A DNA stretch of 64,000 nt from positions 311,426,001 to 311,490,000 of the forward strand of contig NW_027362761.1 of assembly GCF_046119375.1 (NCBI RefSeq), given 5' to 3'. The notes beneath the pieces were generated by a model. It was given only the letters and a program-made list of their open reading frames with translations. It was not told the DNA's origin and ran no database searches. A program made the position numbers and the translations under genes. Shown here piece after piece: positions 56,704 to 64,000 of the stretch. This DNA is from Phyllobates terribilis. Its lineage: Eukaryota. Positions within the stretch are counted from its first letter, which is position 1, and every line of letters starts with the position of its first letter.

Positions 56704-59700
56704 TGTGGCACCCCAGGGGTCTGGTTTCCACAGTAACAGCAATGTTATGTCTGAGAGCAGGTGGGAGGTCTCTTGGTCAGGAATCCTATGCATGCCACAC
56801 CTCCTGCCCAGTCCTGGGAGGGGAAGGACTTCCCCTATATAAACCTGGGGCTGAGGCAGGGTGAGTGAGTTCAGAGGGAGAGTGCAGCCAGGAGGGCTGA
56901 CAGGGAGCTGTGGCTCCGGCTGGGCCCAGCTCCTGGGCCATGCCAGAAGTAGAGAAGAGAAGCAGCTATGGGAAGAAACAACAGGAGCTCTGTGGGAGCA
57001 GTGTTACAAGGAGTCAGGGGCTGGCAGCTGCAGAGCTCGCCCTGACTGAGAAGATTTCTTACCGGACCCGGAGTCCGAGGCTGTGGGGACTAACTCCTAC
57101 CCAGCAGCAGAATCCGTCAGGCAGGGGATTTCAGGTCCTCTGGCCAAGAAACCCGAAGGCACGGTCACACGCATGGGACCAGCACCGCCGTCGTGGAGCG
57201 GAAGCTACTAGAAGGCCCCGAGTCACCGGCCATACGGGTGAGCACCACACGGTATACTCAGGGACGTGGGCTACTTATACCCGCCTCTAGCAAGGTAGCC
57301 AGAAGAGTACAGTTAGTTTGGGAGGCCTACAACTCCGCCTGGCCAGGGGAGATCCCATCTGCTCAAGGACTGACCAGGCCCCAATTGCTAGCCAGTACTC
57401 CGGGAGGGTCTATCTTTGTCACCAGTAAAGACCCTGAACTACACCGTACCGTCTCCGAGTGGTTCCTGCTACCCCCATCATCCACGTCGGCTGCCCTGAG
57501 GCCATACCCCTCCCGTTGGGGGTTATACCATCCCCGCTGCACCATCCTTCCACCGGCCTCAGCGGTCTGCCCTGCAGCGGCAGCTCCAAAGCTGCATTCA
57601 ACGGGTGGCGTAGTCATCCAACATCTACTGCTAATAGACTCGCCACTTAGTTTGACTCCCTGGGCACGGACCGGGTCACCGCCACGAGACTACTACCCCC
57701 ATCTGATCCGGCTCCGGGTAAGCTCCCGCGTGCGCAACGCAGCGCGACACAGGCCCAGGGGCGCGTCAACTTTTTGGCGTAGTCGGCAGGATTTCGTGCC
57801 CGCAACCACCGGGTACTGCGTGCCTGAAAAAGACTGTTCAAACTTACCTGTGGTGAAGATTCCCGCCATCCGGCGCCACCTTCCGCTTCCTTCCCGCCAT
57901 CGGTGGAGTTTTCCCGCCATTCGGCGCCATCTTCGGCCTTCTTCCCGCCAGCTGAAGATGGCCCTCACGGGGGATGAAATCCTGGCGTACCCTGATTACA
58001 GCCAGCCCTTTATCCTCTACACCGACGCAAGTAACATCGGGCTAGGAGCCGTACTGTCCCAGATCCAGCAGGGGAAAGAACGAGTAATCGCTTACGCTAG
58101 CCGAAAACTGCGATCCACCGAAAGAAACCCTGAGAATTACAGCTCATTTAAGCTAGAGTTCCTGGCAGTGGTGTGGGCAGTCACCGAACGCTTTAAGCAC
58201 TACCTCGCTTCTTCCCGGTTCACCGTGTACACGGATAACAACCCGTTGACCCACCTGGACACGGCAAGACTCGGTGCCCTAGAGCAGAGATGGATGGCCC
58301 GTCTGTCCAACTACGAGTTCACAATCAAATACCGGGCAGGACGCTCCAATACCAACGCGGACGCCCTGTCCAGGATGCCAAACCTACCGGACGTAGGAGA
58401 AGATCCAGAGGGACTGGAAGAAGTCGAACTCCCCGCGTTCCACCGTCATGGGACTATCCAGTATTCCCATCGGGTAAGGAGTAAGCAAGCCGCTACGTTT
58501 AACCCCTTGCCTCACTACAACTGGGAGGAAACGCAAGACAGTGACCCTGCCGTCCGGCTGGTGAAGGAGATGCTGACTTGGCCAGAGGCTCGCCTTGACC
58601 CAGACGCTCCGGAGGAAGCCAAGCAACTGTGGGCTGAGAAGAGTCGACTGTTCCTTTACAAGGGGAAGTTGTGCCGCAGAATGGTTAACTCCCGGACGCA
58701 TGAACTAATCTGGCAAGTAGTGGTGCCACGGAGAGACGCAGCCATGGTGATGGAAGCATACCACGACGGGGCTGGACACTTCGGATGGAAGAAGCTGGAG
58801 TTCCTGCTGTGTGGGCGGTTCCACTGGGTAGGCATGAGGGGAACCATCGAGAGGTGGTGCAGAGACTGTGGCCCGTGCAACCTAAGAAGGAAGGACCGTG
58901 CCAGCCAGAAGACTCCCCTGCAGTCCATCGTCACCCGGCAGCCGTTGGAACTGGTAGCCTTGGATCATGTAAAACTGACCCCAAGCAGAAGTGGCTACGT
59001 CTACGCGTTAACCATTGTGGATCATTACTCCCGGTTCTTGGTTGTCGTCCCCGTTAAGGACTTAACGGCTCAAACAGCAGCTAGAGCCTTCCAGCAGCAC
59101 TTCTGCCGCCCACACGGGTACCCGGACCAAGTGCTGACGGACCAGGGACCTGCCTTTGAAGCGGAGGTCTTCCAGGAATTCTGCAATCTGTATGGCTGCC
59201 GGAAGATAAGGACGACACCCTATCATCCGCAAACTAATGGACTTTGTGAGAAAATGAACCAGGTGGTAATGGATCTCCTGAAAACGTTGCCCCTGGAAGA
59301 ACGCAGTCTGTGGCCTGAGAAGCTGCCCGATCTGGTGGACCTATACAACCACATCCCGGTAGGTTCCACCAACTGTACCCCGGCTTACCTAATGAGGGCG
59401 AGACCTGGTAAGTTACCTGTTGACCTGGAAATGAGAGTCCTGACACCCGAGGACACTTCACCAGAGGCAGACTGGGACACAGAGAGGCAGCAGCAGTACC
59501 GGAAAGTACAGGAGAGCGTGGAGCGAAGTCTCTGTCAGGCTAGGGAAAGACAAGAGAAAACTTACAACCAGTATGCTCCCGCTGTTCCCCTGGTACCCGG
59601 AGAGCAGGTCTTGAAGAGGAAAAGACGGCTCCACAAGTTGGACGACCAGTGGGAGAAGGACCCGTACACCGTACTGCCCTCAAGCCACGAGAACCCGAAA

Positions 59701-61614
59701 GTCTGTACCATCAGTAAAGACGGAGGGGAGACCATAGCCATTGTATCCCGGGTTCACCTGAAGAAGTGTCCTGAACAGCTACGGAACCCTGAAGAGGAAC
59801 AAGAAGACCATCGACCCGTAGAGGAAAGGGAAGATATGGTTAGTACTGGGCTCGGAGACTTCCCTCGGTCCTGGACTCAAGTCAATGGTGCAGTTGTGGT
59901 ACCCGTCCTCACGTTCCTCCAACCAGCATCCCAAGTGCCTACGGAGCAACAGGTAGAGCTGGAAGAGCAGCCGGTCCAGGAGGCAGAAGACTCCACACAA
60001 GCAGAACAGGAGGATCAACCCTCTGCTTATAGTGAGCCTGCCGTACCCCTAGTGAGCCAAAGAGCCGGTAGACAGCTGCCCAGTTTACCCTTGACAGCTC
60101 CTACACCCTGTAGTTCAGGGCTAGACAGTCAGCTCCGTAGGTCCACTAGGGCCACTAGAGGCCAGTTACCCGCACGTTGGAGGATTTGAAGTGTATAAAT
60201 TGTTTTATTTGTGGTTACCTGTTTTTCTTGTTGCTTGTGTATAATTATGTGTTTCTAGTTATTTATAGGAGTCCTTGGTGGATTTACCGGGAATCCTTGT
60301 ACATGGTTGGAGCGTAACCTAGGAATGGACTAAAGACTGTTAAGGACTCGGGGCAGGACAGACCCCTACCTGGTTACGTCTCCCTGTTTTGGTGAAATGG
60401 ACACCTTGCTTTTCTTCAAAAACTGCACCCGGTTGCGGACACGCCGTGACCATCTTTATATGTTTTTCTTATTGTACTATTATTGTTTATACCTTGTTAT
60501 GTTTAAAAATATGTTTAGTCCCGGAGTACTAAATTTCACTAGGGGGGAATGTGGCACCCCAGGGGTCTGGTTTCCACAGTAACAGCAATGTTATGTCTGA
60601 GAGCAGGTGGGAGGTCTCTTGGTCAGGAATCCTATGCATGCCACACCTCCTGCCCAGTCCTGGGAGGGGAAGGACTTCCCCTATATAAACCTGGGGCTGA
60701 GGCAGGGTGAGTGAGTTCAGAGGGAGAGTGCAGCCAGGAGGGCTGACAGGGAGCTGTGGCTCCGGCTGGGCCCAGCTCCTGGGCCATGCCAGAAGTAGAG
60801 AAGAGAAGCCGCTATGGGAAGAAACAACAGGAGCTCTGTGGGAGCAGTGTTACAAGGAGTCAGGGGCTGGCAGCTGCAGAGCTCGCCCTGACTGAGAAGA
60901 TTTCTTACCGGACCCGGAGTCCGAGGCTGTGGGGACTAACTCCTACCCAGCAGCAGAATCCGTCAGGCAGGGGATTTCAGGTCCTCTGGCCAAGAAACCC
61001 GAAGGCACGGTCACACGCATGGGACCAGCACCGCCGTCGTGGAGCGGAAGCTACTAGAAGGCCCCGAGTCACCGGCCATACGGGTGAGCACCACACGGTA
61101 CACTCAGGGACGTGGGCTACTTATACCCGCCTCTAGCAAGGTAGCCAGAAGAGTACAGTTAGTTTGGGAGGCCTACAACTCCGCCTGGCCAGGGGAGATC
61201 CCATCTGCTCAAGGACTGACCAGGCCCCAATTGCTAGCCAGTACTCCGGGAGGGTCTATCTTTGTCACCAGTAAAGACCCTGAACTACACCGTACCGTCT
61301 CCGAGTGGTTCCTGCTACCCCCATCATCCACGTCGGCTGCCCTGAGGCCATACCCCTCCCGTTGGGGGTTATACCATCCCCGCTGCACCATCCTTCCACC
61401 GGCCTCAGCGGTCTGCCCTGCAGCGGCAGCTCCAAAGCTGCATTCAACGGGTGGCGTAGTCATCCAACATCTACTGCTAATAGACTCGCCACTTAGTTTG
61501 ACTCCCTGGGCACGGACCGGGTCACCGCCACGAGACTACTACCCCCATCTGATCCGGCTCCGGGTAAGCTCCCGCGTGCGCAACGCAGCGCGACCCAGGC
61601 CCAGGGGCGCGTCA
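56704..61614 (+). mobile_element. Internally deleted Gypsy, same family as 13379-20916; gag, PR and RT lost
   Basis: LTRs 56704-57768 and 60550-61614 (1065 bp, at least 3 differences). TSD CAAA, PBS Ser(AGA) 57775-57792, PPT 60541-60549. Confidence 0.95.
57958..60189 (+). CDS. pol: RNase H-integrase-only ORF, 743 aa
   Basis: MALTGDEILAYPDY..TDAS..HHCC..DDE, nearly identical to the C-terminal part of the 14742 Pol; no stops. Confidence 0.85.
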   Translation: MALTGDEILAYPDYSQPFILYTDASNIGLGAVLSQIQQGKERVIAYASRKLRSTERNPENYSSFKLEFLAVVWAVTERFKHYLASSRFTVYTDNNPLTHLDTARLGALEQRWMARLSNYEFTIKYRAGRSNTNADALSRMPNLPDVGEDPEGLEEVELPAFHRHGTIQYSHRVRSKQAATFNPLPHYNWEETQDSDPAVRLVKEMLTWPEARLDPDAPEEAKQLWAEKSRLFLYKGKLCRRMVNSRTHELIWQVVVPRRDAAMVMEAYHDGAGHFGWKKLEFLLCGRFHWVGMRGTIERWCRDCGPCNLRRKDRASQKTPLQSIVTRQPLELVALDHVKLTPSRSGYVYALTIVDHYSRFLVVVPVKDLTAQTAARAFQQHFCRPHGYPDQVLTDQGPAFEAEVFQEFCNLYGCRKIRTTPYHPQTNGLCEKMNQVVMDLLKTLPLEERSLWPEKLPDLVDLYNHIPVGSTNCTPAYLMRARPGKLPVDLEMRVLTPEDTSPEADWDTERQQQYRKVQESVERSLCQARERQEKTYNQYAPAVPLVPGEQVLKRKRRLHKLDDQWEKDPYTVLPSSHENPKVCTISKDGGETIAIVSRVHLKKCPEQLRNPEEEQEDHRPVEEREDMVSTGLGDFPRSWTQVNGAVVVPVLTFLQPASQVPTEQQVELEEQPVQEAEDSTQAEQEDQPSAYSEPAVPLVSQRAGRQLPSLPLTAPTPCSSGLDSQLRRSTRATRGQLPARWRI

Positions 61615-62224
61615 CAAACATAAGTCCCATTATTGGGGAGTGGGTCTCCCATAGTATTTGCTTATGCTTTCCCAGCAAAAGCTGCCAAAAATTAGGACGG
61701 AGCAACTTGCAATGCCCCTTACAAGAGCCATGCAGTACAGCATATTACAAACATAAGTCCCATTATTGGGGAGTGGGTCTCCCATAGTATTTGCTTATGC
61801 TTTCCCAGCAAAAGCTGCCAAAAATTAGGACGGAGCAACTTGCAATGCCCCTTACAAGAGCCATGCAGTACAGCATATTACAAACATAAGTCCCATTATT
61901 GGGGAGTGGGTCTCCCATAGTATTTGCTTATGCTTTCCCAGCAAAAGCTGCACTAAGTATATGGGCTTACAAACATTTACCCCTAGGGGTTATACATGAA
62001 CATACTGTATAAAGAAATTTTTTTACGGGCATCATAAATACCCTTTAAAAAAATTACGTGGGTGTTGCATCACGGTCACCCTGTTGATATGGTGGTGGAG
62101 GATGAGGATGGGGAGAAGGAGGAGGACAAGAGCAAATAGCCAAAATCAAGAAGTGTATACCCATGTGTGAATGTGAAGAGGTGCATGGAAATACACCTCC
62201 CAAAAAAAGACACTGGATTTGAGC

Positions 62225-63300
62225 TTATGTTACACTGCTGTCATTCGGTGGTGTTGAGAAGTCTGGCCCAATCCAGCCCTTGTTCATTTTTATGAACCTG
62301 TCAGCATTTTCAGTTGACAAGCGGATGCGGTTATCAGTTATAATTCCACCAGCGGCACTAAAAACCCGCTCTGATAAAACGCTAGCGGTAGGGCAGGCCA
62401 GGATCTCCAAGGCGTTGAGAGCCAATTCATTCCATGTGTCCAGCTTGGATACCCAATAATTATAAGGCACAGAGGAATCACGGAGGACATTGCTACAATC
62501 GGCAAGGTACTCCCTCAGCATCTTCCCAAGCTTTCCAGTCCTTGTGAGAGTAGCCCGCGCCTCAGGGCTTGTGCGATGGGAGGGGCTGAGAAAATTCTCC
62601 CAGAACTTTGACAGCGTTTCCCTGCCTCAGCTGGATTGGAGTTGTATCTTTCTCACCTGTACTCCTTGGTTGTCCAACAAACTGCGACCTCTGGTACTGC
62701 TCCATTTTTGTAGACCTGTCCGCCTCAGGAATAAGAGATAGAAAGTTCTCCTTGTAGTGTGGGTCTAGAAGTGTCACGAACCAGTAATGACTGTCACTCA
62801 AAATTTTGAGAACGCGAGGGTCACGGGAAAGGCAGCGTAACATAAACTCAGCCATGCGTGCCAGACTGCTAACAGGCAAGACTTTCATGTCCTCACCAAG
62901 AGGACGACTGACCATGCTCTCCTCCTCCTCCTCCTCTCTGTCCTCAGGCCATCCACGATGAACAGACAGTATGACAGTTGTGCAGGTAGTACCGTCTATA
63001 GAGCATGAAACTAGCTCCTGTTCTTCCTCCTCCTCCTCCTCCTCTTCCTCATTGTCACCCAATCCTCATTGGGATGAGATGAGGCTGGGCTGTGTGTAAT
63101 CACCCTGTATGGTTCCTTGCTCCATCTCATCGTGCTCTGCCTGCAATGCATCCTCTTTGATTGTGAGCAGAGAGCGTTTCAGAAGACAAGAGAAGCGGGA
63201 TGGTGACGCTAATTATGACATCATCGCCGCTCACCATCTTGGTGGAGTCCTCAAAGTTTTGGAGGATGGTACATATGTCTGACATCCTTGTCCACTCCTG
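62225..63300 (-). pseudogene. hAT transposase C-terminal relic
   Basis: YWFVTLLDPHYK, YWVSKLDTWNELALNALEILACPTASVLSERVFSAAGG..RLSTENADR. Confidence 0.9.
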
Positions 63301-63317
63301 AGGTTTTATGTGTGGAG

Positions 63318-63907
63318 TGTTAGAACCGTCCTGTTTGTTTTTTCCATCTTGTGTTTTGCGGTCATGTGACCATCTGCCTTTATATTCCAGCTCCGCCCTT
63401 TTGGCTGTGCTGGACTTCAGTGTTTGACTGTTTCTCTAGCCAGGTGCTTCTGTGCCTTTCTCTGTCAGTTTGCTTGGTCTTTCTGGGACCTCTAGTACCT
63501 TTTTGTCAGTTTGTCTTTTTGTGTTCTGCAACAACTTCTCTGTTTAGGAAGTGTACCATTTTTTGTCCCAGTCCTTAGTTCTTTTAGGGACTCCTCCCTT
63601 TATGCTATAGGTTTTCGTTCAGACTAGCCGAGGACTAAGGCGGGTCTGTTCACTAGGAACAGGCAGCCCGCTACATCGTAGGGATACAGCATAGTCTTAC
63701 TGTAGGGACAGCTTTCCTCTATCTTTCCTTAGTTCTTTTAGGGACTCCTCCTTTTATGCTATAGGTCTTCGCTCAGACTAGCCGAGGACTAAGGCTGGTC
63801 TGATCGCTAAGAACAGGCAGCGCGCTACATCGTAGGGATTCAGCTTAGTCTTACTGTAGGGACAGCTTTCCCCTATCTTTCCTTAGTTCATGTTACAGAT
63901 CATAACA
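63318..63907 (+). mobile_element. 5' LTR of Sushi/Tf1-like Gypsy element C, with a ~154-bp internal duplication
   Basis: TGTTAG...CATAACA, TATA-like TTTATATT at 63379. Followed by GTAAGTCCAGC and a gag-like start MVSIQDLAQRLQGLS at 63955. Confidence 0.75.
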
Positions 63908-63954
63908 GTAAGTCCAGCCCAAAAAACTAAAAGGAAAGAAATTCGGGGATCAGT

Positions 63955-64000
63955 ATGGTTTCCATCCAAGATTTGGCGCAACGCCTGCAGGGATTGTCTC
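63955..64000 (+). CDS. gag: Start of RTL1/Sushi-like gag, runs off the window
   Basis: MVSIQDLAQRLQGLS, 47 bp after the LTR end. Confidence 0.55.
   Translation, partial: MVSIQDLAQRLQGLS

Larger units (their letters stand above)
55499..61951. repeat. 133-bp minisatellite (about 3.8 copies) split by two LTR insertions
   Basis: Unit GCAATGCCCCTTACAAGAGCCATG...GGACGGAGCAACTT at 55499, 56661, 61709 and 61842. Confidence 0.9.
52966..63317 (-). mobile_element. Second hAT element, reverse orientation, heavily interrupted
   Basis: TIR TAGTGTTGAGCG at 52976 with CTCGA/GCTCG subterminal repeats; transposase relic on minus at about 62225-63300. Confidence 0.7.

Noticed and set aside
57193-57957. N-terminal 255 aa of the 998-aa ORF
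   Set aside because: Runs through LTR, PBS and leader; a fortuitous open frame fused to pol by the deletion.

Overview
Vertebrate genomic DNA, most likely anuran (inferred from the transposon repertoire and V-gene style). It is almost entirely nested transposons around one host gene: an immunoglobulin lambda-type light-chain V segment (8447-8922) with promoter, leader exon, intron and a degenerate RSS. TE content: (1) a tRNA-Ser-primed Ty3/Gypsy clade with 4-bp TSDs and 12 LTR copies, including a gag-pol-intact element lacking its PBS, an RNaseH-integrase-only derivative, a 5'-truncated element, three solo LTRs and two non-autonomous elements; (2) two Sushi/Tf1-like Gypsy elements that appear self-primed; (3) three Tc1-superfamily elements (DD38E, DD34E, DD37E); (4) two hAT elements, a piggyBac relic, Penelope-like relics with hammerhead motifs, L1 and CR1 relics, MITEs, minisatellites and an 18S rRNA fragment. 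Top candidate novelty: a very young LTR element (32649-37514) with no gag or pol that encodes a ~589-aa protein ending in a cold-shock domain. A second non-autonomous element (3997-7700) carries a homologous ORF N-terminus, suggesting a family of LTR-mobilised accessory genes dependent on the Gypsy clade. All 12 LTRs of that clade also carry a second PBS-like motif in U5. All coordinates and alignments were made by eye; no database searches were run.
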